Assembly (NCBI RefSeq): GCF_964355755.1
Contig: NC_092678.1
Location: 20,229,365-20,293,364, forward strand
DNA: 64,000 nucleotides
Source: Antedon mediterranea
Lineage: Eukaryota; Animalia; Echinodermata
Reading direction: 5' to 3'
Shown: piece by piece, positions 32,778 to 46,400 of the stretch
How the letters are laid out: each line of letters begins with the position of its first letter
Position numbering within the stretch: the first letter of the stretch is position 1
Position numbers and translations under genes: made by a program
The notes under the pieces: model-generated
Databases searched by the model: none
What the model saw: the letters and a program-made list of their open reading frames with translations, nothing else
What the model was told of the DNA's origin: nothing

Positions 32778-35700
32778 GCCGTTTTTTTCCCACACAGAAT
32801 AATTGTCCCTTGTTAGTTTTATCGAGAATGTAATGAAATCAACTGTTGAGGGCGCTATGTTGTGACTTCCTCTTCCTCGGCGTTTTTTATTACCTTGTTC
32901 TCATTTGACTTTGTCCTTGACTGGTTATTTTTTCGGGGCGAATTTAGAGTTGTTCAAACATTATTTGCTTTGAACTTTTTAAAATTAGTTTTACTGAAAA
33001 AAAATATTTTGTGATCGGGGTTTAAGATAAAAACTAATTCTTTCTGCATTGACAAATTTCAAACCCATCTTAATTTTTATTTGATCCGTCTACAAACAAG
33101 TGCCCTTTAAAATTTTATTTTGGCAAGAATATTCCAATATTCAACTTTCTATGCAAGAAAATATGATAAGGGTGGTTAAAAGATTGAATGCAAAACCTTG
33201 AAGTAGTTTTAAATTTGAATACTGTTATTGTAAAAAGTAATCGTGTTATTTTTTATTTTAACAAATCCTTACTACAGTACTATAACTACTACTGTTTGGG
33301 ACAACAGAAGGTAAAGGCTGATTTTAACCTCAAAATAAAAAATTATATTAACAATTTTTAGAATTAATTAAGGTTTATAATTGGTATAATTAGTCGAGGT
33401 AAATGTAATATATTCATTACAATGGCTGATATATATTATGCATATTTGTGAAAAAGGAAAGTATTTTTAGATATATTTTCAATTACAATATGATAGTAGA
33501 TACAAGTTTACTTATAATTTGTAAATCAATATAATTGAACAAATTTTATATTTCTTTGAGTTAAACTAAACATTTTAAATGTAAAAAGCAAAAGTGAGCT
33601 TATGTTAAAATGGGAGTGAAAGAAACTTTGTTGACCGAGTGATCCGAGAAACTGACCTCAACTGACCGCACAGCTACGCAAAATAGGTCGACAAAAGCTG
33701 AGTTGATTAGTGGAAATAATAGGGAAAAAAAACTGTGGTTCATGTTGACATGACCACGACCAGTTGTAATGTCAACATGGATCTTGTGCACATTGGTTCC
33801 ACTCCCTCAATTACAGATTACGTCGCGTAATTAGGGCTTGTACACTACTAGTTACTTTCATTTAAGTTTTAATGTTCATGTCGGCGTATATATTAACTTA
33901 ATACTGATGTTTTTTATCAAAGTCTGTATAACAGGTGATATTGAACAAATTCCAATATCAATCATTCCTAATGAAAATCTGTGTTTGTGTGTTTAAAAAA
34001 CAAATTAGAAATAGTTTTATTTTAAAAATATAAGTATTTGGATGTTACTTTTAGTAAAAAAGAATCACTCAACTCATCATTGTATCTCTGTACATATATA
34101 TTACTGTATCATAGGCAATTCTTTGATACAGCATAACATGTTCATCACATGTCGTACAGTACCTGTATCATGGAATGTTAGGTTAAGATTACAAAATGAT
34201 GCATGTGACATACATGTTACACTGTTTCACAGAATCTACCTTTGATACTGGACAAAGTACAGATACAGTACTGAGAATTAAGTGTGTAACTTAACTACTA
34301 CACACATCTTTCATTTGTAGCTGCTTGTATATTATTATGGGTACTTGAACAAAATAGCTATACATATCAATATATTTTATATTTAATATATTATGTGGAT
34401 TGTGATTTTTGTGTGTTATAAGCGTCAATATTGAAACAGAAATATTAATTCTGTATTCTTGTAGTTTAATAACAAATGTATAACCAAAGTAGATAAGTAT
34501 TATATTTTTAATGACAAAACCAATTGTAACTAATTAAATATATAGCAATTGTATTTATGTATTGTAATAATTAAGTGTCTTTCCACATCATTATGTATGG
34601 TAGATGGGAAAGAAGACATTTTTAAATTGTATTGTAAAGAAAGTTTTTTATACGAATAATACCATACATATCAATTTTATAAAATACATTTTTTTTAACT
34701 TTAAAAATAGTTTAAATTTGCATATTTTCACATGCAGATAAATAAGATGTATGCAAATTCAATTGTTTGTTTGTCTTTTCACTATAAATCCCACCTGAAT
34801 GATTGACCCCACACTTGACCCAATGTTGATTCCCACTGAGGCCACCTTTATTTCACCTTTATATATAGAGGGTAACAGAGTCTTTAGCACAACAAGTATA
34901 TTTTTTTTTTAAATATGAACAATTTCTGTAAATCTATAGATTGTGATTGGTCAATTATGTCCTTGCGTCCTATGGCAACCATGCTTTGTGATAATTCAAT
35001 GTATTTGGTGCTAATAGTTAGATAAATTGTTTTAATATTTTATTATTCATCATTTTACTAATGTATTTGCACTGCCCGGCTATAATATTTTGCCATTATT
35101 ATAATTATGTCTTCAATTAATGTATGGCGATGCTGTCTTGTAAATAACTTACTAAGTGTCGGTTGAAAAGAGGTTGGGGGGTGGGTGTGTAGAGGTGAGG
35201 GTGAGGGAGATATCATTACTAATTCCATGTGATATACTTTAGTACTATTCCACTGTACATGTTCATAGTGTTTTTGTCCTATTAGATTATTTGGACATAT
35301 GAAAATACAGATAATAGGATGTCTTATATCAAAGTAACAAAATGTGGTAATTTTGAACTCGCATATCTTCTCATAAACCCCTATAAAGGGGACACTTTTT
35401 TGGGTTTAAATGGTGTCCCCTTAATAGGTGTTATAGTTGTATTTTCTTTGGCCATTAAGAGTTATGTTTCTGTATATAAATTATGCTTCATTCTGAAATA
35501 TAAGTGGACACAATACAAGGTTTGAAGATACTGGTTTGTTTGATATAATGGTTTCATAAACAACTATTATAATGCCATGCTTTGAAGTATTTACTTTTGT
35601 TAACTGCCTGCTAAAAAAACAATTTAATTTGGTTTTAGTTTTTTATGTAATTAATAAAAAGAGAAATAATGTATACTAGAGTTATAGAACTCCTACTGTT

Positions 35701-36978
35701 GGACTCTATTAAAGGGAACAATTGGTTGGTGTCCATTTTTTTATGTGTATATGTAATTCCACAGTTAAACTGAACTTTTTTTATATGATTATTAAATTAT
35801 ATTAAAATAAATTGTGTTAGACGAAATGTATGCGTTAATGTTATAATGGGTAATTATGACTGTTCATAATTTAAGATTTTACTTTAAAAAAGTTGCCATT
35901 GACACTTTTTTTTTTTAATTCATTACGCTAAAAGCAAAGTAGTTTTATCCCAAGAATATCCACAAAAGTATATTATAGAAATAGTTTAGCTATTAGACTG
36001 GTTGAAAAAGATTATTGATTTTAGAAAATATACCCATTGACATTCCAACTGTGTGGGTTATTGAAGGTGGTATTTTGTAAAAACCGTAACAATTTTGGCG
36101 ACACCTGCACCCCATACACGATCAGTTCTGATAAACCGAACGGTATAAAATGTTAAGTACCTTGATATTCATGTAAACATTAATTTTAATTCATTTCCTT
36201 CAGAACACATACTTAATTATTATTAATCTGGTATGGCCGTCGGGCTACATTTATTTTATGATCTTTGCAATTATGTACACTGTATTCTAAAATGTTATGG
36301 TATTTTTATGTTACTAAATTTGTATTGCGAAGTTTTACTCATCAATGTATGATATGTAATTGCAATAATTTTCTATGCATATAACTATATTAAATATTTG
36401 TTTCTTTATAAGTGTTGTGTAGTTATTTCAATTAGCCTACAGTATAATCCCTCCTTTTGGAAACCACTATTTAGGGAACACGCCAATTAATAATTCCTGA
36501 AACAACAAGAGGAAATACTATGTTATAACACTTCGTATAACACTAACACTACTATAGGGAACACTTGTGTTGGGTCCCAACGGTTTTTCTTAATAAAGAC
36601 CAATGGATAAAATTGCTAAATATAATGTATTACTTATATACGGTAATTTTGATTTCGAGTAAAGTTCTCTTCTATGCATCGATGGAGTTTTCGTGTCTCA
36701 CCTGCAGCGACAGAGATGTAAATACAACAATTTGATTGGCTGTATAGGAGTAACGAATAATAATAAAGCGAGTTACAGGTGCAAGAGTATAGCGTGACGG
36801 AAAATGGATACCAAATGTATCTTAAAGGTTATTGAAATATATCGTAATGGAATCATAATATCTTTTTGGAATATATGCCTACTTCCAATAGCAAGACAAG
36901 AGGACAGTTTAATGTAGATGTAGGCCTACTAAATGCTGGTTCTTAATTTAAGGTAAAATTAACCGATATTTTGCAATA

Positions 36979-38229
36979 GGGTTGGTGAAATTCAGTCCAA
37001 AATACGCAGAATTTTTTCCAAAATACGTCAAGTTGAGGGCGCTATACTAATCCAAAATACGCGAGTCTTTCCAAAATACGTCGACTTGGGGGCGCTATTC
37101 ATTTCCAAAATACGCGAATTGTCCAAAATACGTCAAGTTGAAGGCGCTAGTCATTTTCCAAAATACGCAATTTGTCCAAAATACGTCAATTTGGAACCGC
37201 TTGTAATTTTCCAAAATACGTCAACTTGAGAGCGCTATTCATTTTCCAAAATACGCAATTTAAATAACTCCTTTACTTCTTCTAACCAATTAATTATTGC
37301 TATTATTTTAATCACAATACCATATGCTTTTTATTATTATATATTATATGAAATAATTATTATGTTAGATTTCAGATTAGGTAACTTATGAGACCATAAG
37401 TACTGTACATTAAATTGAAAGCGATGTTGGTCTGTCGAGCTCGGGAAAAATACCGATTTTGTAGATCACCAAATATATAACACATACCTATCACTATACT
37501 TAAATACTATATACGTACATGCTGGTTTTGTAGCCGGTTTATGCCGCATTTAAACTAGCTACGTCTGGCAATGCAATCGTACATCGTTCAGACATTATTA
37601 ACGTATATTATAGGCACTGTCTATTGACTGATGTTGGCACATATTTGTTGTTTTTCAGTAATAAATGATTACATTGAAAAATAATAATTGGCTACTCTAT
37701 GACATTTTATTTACAAAAAATTCTGCCTTCTAATACTTTCATTTATAACTAAAATGTACTTGTTTGTTTTATTCCAAGAAACTTTTTTTGAATACATTAA
37801 ACTGTAATTTTACCTTACACTCTCAATATGATACATTTGGAATTGGAAAGGCTCTCGTATTTTGGAAAAAAAAGTTTGCCGCCCTCAAGTTGACGTATTT
37901 TGGAAAATTACTAGCGGTCCCAAATTGCAAATTGACGTATTTTGGACAAATCGCGTATTTTGGAAATAAATAGCGCCCTCAATTTGACGTATTTTGGACA
38001 ATTCATGTATTTGGGACAGAGCCATATATATATATGGCTCTGATTTGGGATAATTTATAGCGCCCTCAACTTGACGTATTTTGGACAATTCACGTATTTT
38101 GGAAAATGAATAGCGCCCTCAAGTCGACGTATTTTGGAAAGACTCGCGTATTTTGGATTAGTATAGCGCCCTCAACTTGACGTATTTTGGAAAAAAATCT
38201 GCGTATTTTGGACTGATGTTCACCAACCC
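36979..38229. mobile_element. Foldback-type element with long, internally repetitive TIRs
   Basis: GGGTTGGTGAA.TCAGTCCAAAATACGCAG at the left end and its reverse complement at the right. The arms (~280 and ~375 bp) are built from CCAAAATACG / TCAAGTTGAGGGCGCTAT subrepeats. No clear TSD. Confidence 0.8.
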
Positions 38230-38271
38230 GATTCATATTTTGTTGATGTGTGAAATGAATTGAAATTATAA

Positions 38272-38620
38272 CTGGACTTGAACTCGTGATTTAAAACGAG
38301 TTCACCACGCAAACGCAACATGCACAGAAAATGCGTACACAGAAAATGCGTACACAGGAATTGATTACGCCATCCTCATGACCAGAAATAAATACATGTG
38401 TACTTTAGTTCCGTCTATGTTGAATCTTTATACTACATACAGTGTAGCATTGTTGAAATTACAAACTAACCATCAATTATTCTAATTTTTTACATAATGA
38501 GGTCATCAAAATGAAACATAAAAACCAAAATAAAGGAAAACAAAGATAATTGTCTGAGCAAGAACATATTAAAAACTTGGAAGAAAATCGGGCACATGTA
38601 GGTGATGACTATTACTTACA
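38272..38620 (-). mobile_element. Partial Helentron/DINE-like element (3' end)
   Basis: Similar to the start of the 59102 copy (GAACTCGT...ACGAGTTC hairpin, CGCAAACGCAACATGCAC). Confidence 0.6.
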
Positions 38621-39739
38621 TTATTACTACACATCAAGAACTCGATAAGTTTAACTTAGAAATAGAAGATAAACTGAGGTTCATAAAGTATAGGCCTACC
38701 TGTGGTTCTTATTATGACATTACATTTAGTTTAATTAGTTTATGTAAAAATATTGAAATTATTATTCCCTGACAACAGTATTGTTAAAAAAGTGGTTTAT
38801 CAGACGACGTCCTTCCGACCCAAGTCTTCCTATCCTCCACTATCATGTGTGCTGATTGTAGGCCTATTTCCATGTCTTTGCATTCAATTTGTTTTCCCCG
38901 TCGTTTCTTAAACGGCAAATCTAAATGATGTGACGGAATTTGACACAAAAACTGCGGGGACAAGCTTTTTCCATAAAAAAAAACTTTACAGTTCGGGATT
39001 TATTGTATGTAGGCTTTAATGATGGTTTTTGAATAATAAAATCGCATGAAATCACAATTAAAGTACTTTTAAGAAATATTTTATGAACAAAAGTGCAGTT
39101 ATCAAAAATATATACGGCGATCATAAAATTGAAAATGTACGATAGGGGGTTGCCTGAAACATTTTTATACAAAACTAACAATATCAATGTTATTATCTTT
39201 GGTTTATGTATTTATGCTTAATTAATTTTTACAATAATGTTGATTATATTATATTTTTTAATGATGAATTTTCAGTTTGTATCTCGAGTTGCTACTAATT
39301 ATTACTCTAACTGCATGGACCATGGAGGTATAAAATGGACTAACTCAAATAGGATTGATAGAAATTTAGTTTTGTTTTGACAATCCGGTGGTTCCAAAGT
39401 TCAGCTGCAGTTGATTACTTACTGCCCCTAATAATCAAGCTATATTATAATTGTGACAACATGAATCACTTGTAATCTAGCAAATGTTGGGTAACACCGG
39501 TGTTTTGGCCGCAAATTTGTAAAAAAATTAATATCTGATTCAGATAACATGTTTCTAACTACACCGCTCGAGTCTTCTGAACAGGTGTGGAGTTGTTGAG
39601 TCGGTTGTCATGTAAATTACGAGACGTTTACTATATAATTTTTTAATTAAATTTAATGGCTATTTAATTATGTCTAAGCTAAAATATAATATATAATATA
39701 ACAAATTGTCAATGATCTATTACGTTACAGGGTTTACAG

Positions 39740-39849
39740 GCGAAAAGACCGATATCTGTAAACATATTGAGTGCTCTCCTGGGTAGGCATACCAGTTGCG
39801 AGGGAGGTAGAGACGCTTGTGCTGGAAAATGAGTGTGAACCATGCATAG
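39740..39849 (+). pseudogene. Decayed copy of receptor exon 2 (relic third paralog)
   Basis: Aligns to 42798-42906 and 24718-24823 but has frameshifts and an in-frame TAG. Flanking sequence out to ~40150 matches intron 2 of genes A and B. Confidence 0.85.
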
Positions 39850-40441
39850 GTAAAGATGATGGTTCCTCTGTAATCAATATTGTTTGTAGTAGCCTATGAA
39901 GATGGTATAGTCTGGAATTAATCATATTCTTTCAGTCAACAGATCGAGACGATGATCAAATCCGGGGTACCTGGGAATTTAGGTAATTGATTCGCTCATA
40001 CATTCACAAAAATGAAAAAATCTTTAAAATATTGTGTTTTTTACTGACGTCCTTTTTAAGTGGAAACCCAACTCACAAGACACAAATATGCTATACTCAA
40101 ACATATCTTTTTTTGCCATGATCTCTGACAGGATTTGAACCTAGAACCTGGGTAGCTATAGGCATCTTGCTAAAACTTTTTACATACGTTCTATTTGAGA
40201 GTCAAACCTCTCTTTCAAACACGTGTTGTCCTCCTCTGTTGTGGGAAAACCCCTGACCATAGAGTGCGCGATGCATGTTATCCATCACTGCACTGTCATA
40301 TCATGGAACTTATTATTATAGTTCCATGCATGCTGAACTCAAGGACATTTAAAAAATGATCGAAGATATGAGCTAGTATTAAGGTGTGTGTAGCCGTTCT
40401 TGTTTATGGTGATGAAATCCTAAGCCTTTAAGTCGTATTAA

Positions 40442-43400
40442 ATGGAATTGTCACATTTCACTATCCCTATTATATTTGTATTTATTCAATATTCTATCAT
40501 TTTAGCGAGTCCAGTTCAAATTAAGGTAGGTGTAAATAATCATATCCGACCAAACTAGAGGCTAGGCTAGGCCTAGCTAGGCCCTAGCCTTTATTAAGAA
40601 GGCTCGTATAGGGCTTAAAGTATTAGGACTAGGGCCTAGGTAGCGTACCCAGGACTAGTCTTTGGCCAATTGGAATACAGTACTAGGCCTAGGCCTACTG
40701 CTAGCCTACTGTAGGTTTAGATTGGATACTGTGGTATAGGGCCTACTGTAGATAGCTAGGCCTAGGCCGTGGCATGATTTTAGGTTGACTTGACTGACTG
40801 GCAAATTTAGATGGTTTTGGTTGGGATGGAACTTATTATGTGTTCATTCGAATAAAATACAAATAGTTAGTAGGACTAGACTGTGGGCCCTAGCCTAGCC
40901 TAGTGTATTAGTTTTATTTCATGATTTATATTGTATTATTTATCATGACTGTAATTAAAAACAAATGTTTTTACTGTATGTAACAACAAAAAGAAAACAA
41001 TTTTATCGCATTACACTAACAGTAAAAAAAAACTTTGCCAATCCATCCCCAACATCATAATGCTTTGTAATTATAGTACAGTACTTCAAAATACAAATTC
41101 CATGAAATAAACAGAGTTTTGTACAAATCTACTTTTAAAAAACCAGTTGCACTAATATAAAACTATTGTTTTTTTTATTTTTTATTTTGTACACTATTAT
41201 TAAGTCAGAGAATAGTGATACTGTATTAAATATCACCTCCGATATATTAATTACATTTCCATGACACAATTAAATTATGTATTATGTGTGGTAATGTTTG
41301 AACATTTTTTCATTATTAAAACCACATATGCTGATGTTATGATTTAATTTGATTGACAGACCTCGAAACAAAACAAAAATACACATTAGAAAAACCACCT
41401 GGAAAGGAAACGCCCACAGTACATTGCTCACTGACAGGATAATATGCTTTAACTTAAGTACTGTTTTAAGAAACGTGAATGTTTAAACAACAAACAATAA
41501 ATATTTGATAGGCTAGTTATTTTTCAAAGCATCAATCAAATAATTAAAAAAAAACATCGTAGATAACAGTTATTTACAACACTTATAATTAAAGATGTAT
41601 TGTCCCCCTGAAAAATGTTTGACTTTTCTTTTGTTGAATATGCCATTAGATGTCACATAATAGTTATCCACTTTGACCATACAATGAATGATAAATGATT
41701 AAATGTTCAGCTGTTTGGAAACTTTCTGATTGACTGATCAGAGTTTGAAAACCCAACATGAGTGTGCGTTGTATAAAAATGTTCTACTTTGCTACCAAAA
41801 TTGAAGCGCTTTTTTCAAGCCTATATCCTCATCCTAACAGATTATTAAAATTTAATTTTAAAAATATTTGACATTTTAGAACAGTAAAAAATAATTAAAT
41901 AAATAAATGTTTTGTTGTTGGAAAGAATATTTCATTTGTTGAACAATTGTTATGATTGCCTTCTAAATTTGTTTCTGTTTAAGTTTTCTTTATGATTATC
42001 ATTTCACAAACCTTGACCTCATTTTTGTGTGTCAAAAGTTATAATAAAAGAAATTTCTTCTAATTGTTCGTTATGACCACAAGAATACACAAGGGAAGAT
42101 CGTGTATTGTTTAAGCTTCAATAAAATTCCCTACTCTGTTATTGTTAAATGAACCTGTAGCAGGTTTACAAAGTTACTCTAAAAGTACTGATACACAGTG
42201 ATAATAATAATTGGGAAGTATAAAAATTTTAAATTTTATTTAATATAAATGTTGCTAAAAATGGTTAATTATACTGCAAAGTTTAAAGTCTGGTTCTTAT
42301 TCTCTTCCTTCTGAATAAGTTGTAGTTGACACGCAGAGCTACAGTATACATTTCATAAAATATTTTCCACCAAATTGGGCGTGTTCCACAGGGTCAATTT
42401 CAAGGTCAAAATATCGCTCAGTTTCATCCAACACAAGAGTACACAATACTATACAAAAATACCTCAAAATCGGACATGTATTTCCAGAGATATAACTATT
42501 TAAAATGTGGCAGCCACGCCATTTTTCAAAAATAAAGAAGAAAATTTAAACTTTAATATCTTGAAACCACTAGTCCGATGAAGTAAGCTTTACTCGGTAA
42601 GGTAAGATTTAAAATGTATTTTTTGTGTGAACTGAGTTTAAATGACCCAACTTCTATTTTTTTTTTAACACACGCTTCACATTATAATATACAGTACTTA
42701 ACTGTAAAAATAATGCTTTTAATTTGAATATTTAAAAGAGAACATTGTAAATTAATTTTTTTTACTTTAGGCCTACCTGTATCTTTTTGGTTTATAGGTG
42801 AAAAGATCAGTAGATATCTGCAGAGACGTTGAGTGCCCTCCTGGGTACCAGTGTTGCGAGGGAGATAGAGACGCTTGTGGTGGAAAAGCGTGTGAGCCAT
42901 GTATAGGTAATGCTATATTTGTAATAAAATTGTTATTCTTTAAAAAAAAATGCAAACATTCTCATGGTCAATAGAATATTTGAAAAGCTTAAATGATTGT
43001 AATTTATAGTAAAAACAAATGTGTATAAAATGATATGTCTGGAATTATTACTGCCTTCTCTGATTCAACAGATTGAGAAATTATCAAATCCAGGATGCCT
43101 ACTGGAATTGGGGTAATTTTGCTCTAACTAACATAGACTAGTTGTTTGGCAGATTGTTTTTCACTGTCCAGCAAAAAGGAGGCAACCATTGTTTACAAGA
43201 CATACAGTCTTTTTGTCAATGATAAACAGTCTTTCCTCTCGGACAATACATGATGTGAACCTAGGTCCCTCTTAACTTTAATTATAATAGAAATTATTTA
43301 TTGTTTTAAGATGAGGAAATCTGTGAGATATTATTATTATTATTTATGGTATCTGTTATTTCATAGAGATCTATGGTTATTTCCATATTATTAAAATACA

Positions 43401-46400
43401 GTGACAGCCAAAAGCTGAAATAAAGTATCTTTTAACAATTAAAAATTGGATAAATAAACAGCAATAGTATTCTGGCGCTTACTAAATACTAAAAACAATA
43501 TAAAAAACTCAACAATGACATTCACTAATACAAAAATATCAATATCTATGTAAAATATCATTATCATACAATATTCACATTATCACAATTTATGAATTAA
43601 AAATGGGTAACATTATTATTGTATTCATATTATCATTGTTATTTTAAAAATCAATTCTATAAGTCTATATTGCATTCATTTCATTTCTTAGCTATATTTT
43701 ATGGTCGCATTTGGTTTGTTAATAATAATTAATAAAACTTTATTTAATCACGGTAACACTTGTTCACCTCAATGGTGTTTTTCGACAAGGCTGTAAAACA
43801 TTATACACAAATCAAATTTAACAATTAAACAATTAACAGCAAGAGTTTATCTTTAATGATTTACACTTAAATTAGAATGACTTAGAATTTAACAATAGAT
43901 TGTAAAAGCCAATTTTACAAAAGAATAAACATCAAAATGAACAGAGCATATTTTTACTTAAATAATTAAACTTAATACTAAAGATATTAAATAAATTATT
44001 AATAAGAATTTAACTATAAAAAAACTGTTTTGAACCTCCAGCGCAGTGGGAGGAGAAAACGGAGGGAATGCCAGGGTTAGTAACACCATTGATAATCAAC
44101 CCTGTCATTCAAAAGACGGGTGAGATAAGGTATTGGACTGTTAAAATAAGGTATTGGACTGTTAAAATAACGTGTTGTTTTGCATTTATATTCCTGATAA
44201 TTGCTTTCTGAACGCCACTGCGCTGGAGGCCCGCTTAAAAAAATTTTCAAACATGGTTGTTTTTTTTTACATTAGACACAAACGATCGATCATGGTACGG
44301 TGGAACAACACTAGTTCTGTAGAGAGATCAAATTGAAAAGACCTCACATTTCAATTCATCAATTCATGAATATAATAAAACCACCAAGTACAATTGTTAA
44401 GATGCCCTTATGTTCTTTTTTATAAGATAATATGGTTACACTTTTACATTCCTAATTTAATTAATTGTTTTGTCTCAACAGATGGAACATTCTCTTCAGG
44501 TGAAGTTGGAGGAATCTGTCAGAATTGTCACCATTGTCTCCATGGCGAAAACAAGATTGAAGAGTGTACTCGTGAAAAAGACACGGTTTGTGAATGTCCA
44601 TATGGTAAATATATTACTAGCTCTCGCGTATGCTTATCGTGTGAAAAATGCGGTGAAGAGGACTGTAAAAAAGTGTGTAATGTAACGACAACACCAAAAC
44701 CGCCAGCACGAACAACAACGCAAAAAACAACAATACCTGGTAAGTTTCAATTTATCATAAACTCATGATCTATCCGATTTAAGCAAAACATCTTTGGTTT
44801 TTTTTAAATATTTTTCTGCTATTTAATGTTTATATTTCGTTGTTTCTTTATTTATTATTCCTTATTTGTCCTTTTTTACAGCCGAAACCACAGAACATCC
44901 TACCGACCCAGAGAAGAAGAGTTCTCCGTGGAAAAATATATACCTTCTGCCGATTCTATGTAATAAACTTAATATAGTTTCTGATAATTTCACATGTAGA
45001 ATAATAACTACTAGTTTACTGTAGTGTTACTTAAATAACTACACATTTTTTTATTTTTTTTTTAACCAATCTCTTTGTCTATGTGTACATACAGACACAA
45101 TATAAAAACAAAAATCTAGTTAAATTACTCCATAAAATTTACTGCAGAACTTCACATTTTTCTTGCAGAAGTCCTAACTCCTTGTAACTGTATGAAATCA
45201 TCTTTTTAGTTATCCGCATTGAGCGGATAACTCCTTGTAACTGTCCTGTTTCATCATCTTTTTTTTTTTTTTCTGTATTCTTCTTTCTTTCTGTCTTTTT
45301 TGTGTCTCGCGTAACTCAAAAACGTGTAAACATAACATTTCATAACTTTGTCAACATGTGGGCATTTACGTGAAATTGTGCACCTCCTATTTTTGAATGA
45401 CGTCAGAGTTGCGCAACATGACTTACGCGCGTTTTTCCGAATTTCGCGTATTTAACATAGATCGAAAACCATATAACAATTTAATATGAAACTTGACAAA
45501 AGTTTAAGTTATATCTTGCGCTAACTGACTATGGGGAAAAAATGGCATGTTTCACACGAAGTTACGCGCGCACGCGTGTTTAAAATTTCAAAATGCGAAA
45601 AATCAATTTCTAATCAACTTTCTACGCGTTTCATGTAATTTTAAGCATGTACAAAATTCCCACGCGCGCGCCTTTTTTTACGCGCATGGTGCGAACGTAG
45701 CGTTGAAAACACTTTTTTTTGTGTGATTTATGTTTTTTCAGCCTTTTCTAGTAATTTTACCAACTTTTAAACAATTTCGATTTAAAATTACGTCATACGG
45801 GCACGTTGAATTGAATAATTTACGTGCGTTTTTTATGAAAAAGTTAAAAAATTTGTCAAAATTCGTCAAAATTATGCCTTTTTTTAAACAGTCTAAACAA
45901 CGAGGTGAAATTTTTTTAAATTACAAATTCTTGAAGTTGATGAGTTGTAGATATGGGATCATGAATCAATATGGCTAACCGGACATTGTGACGTCATCAT
46001 ATGGCCACACGAATGAAAAATATAGGATTTTTGTCTCTTTCGTTATTGCTCATCATATTCAATGGAGCGCATCACGCCTATCTGTATTCCTTTTTCTCCG
46101 AGATTTTAATATTGTCTAGGTCAATCAACTATCTTTCGCATGAGTTAAAAATATTTTAATTTTTATGACGTCATCATGCCTAAAAATTATAATTAACAGG
46201 GTTATTAATTTCATCTTTACAGTAAATTTTAATCTGTTATAGCTCGTAAGAATAAAAAGTGATAATTATGATAAAAACGTTTTCTGGAAGCTATTGGACT
46301 GTAGATACGAATTAATGTGAACATTTTGCCAATCGGATGTTGTGAAGTCATCCTATGGCCAGTTGAATAAAAAAAGTCGTATTTTCATATTTTGCGTCAT

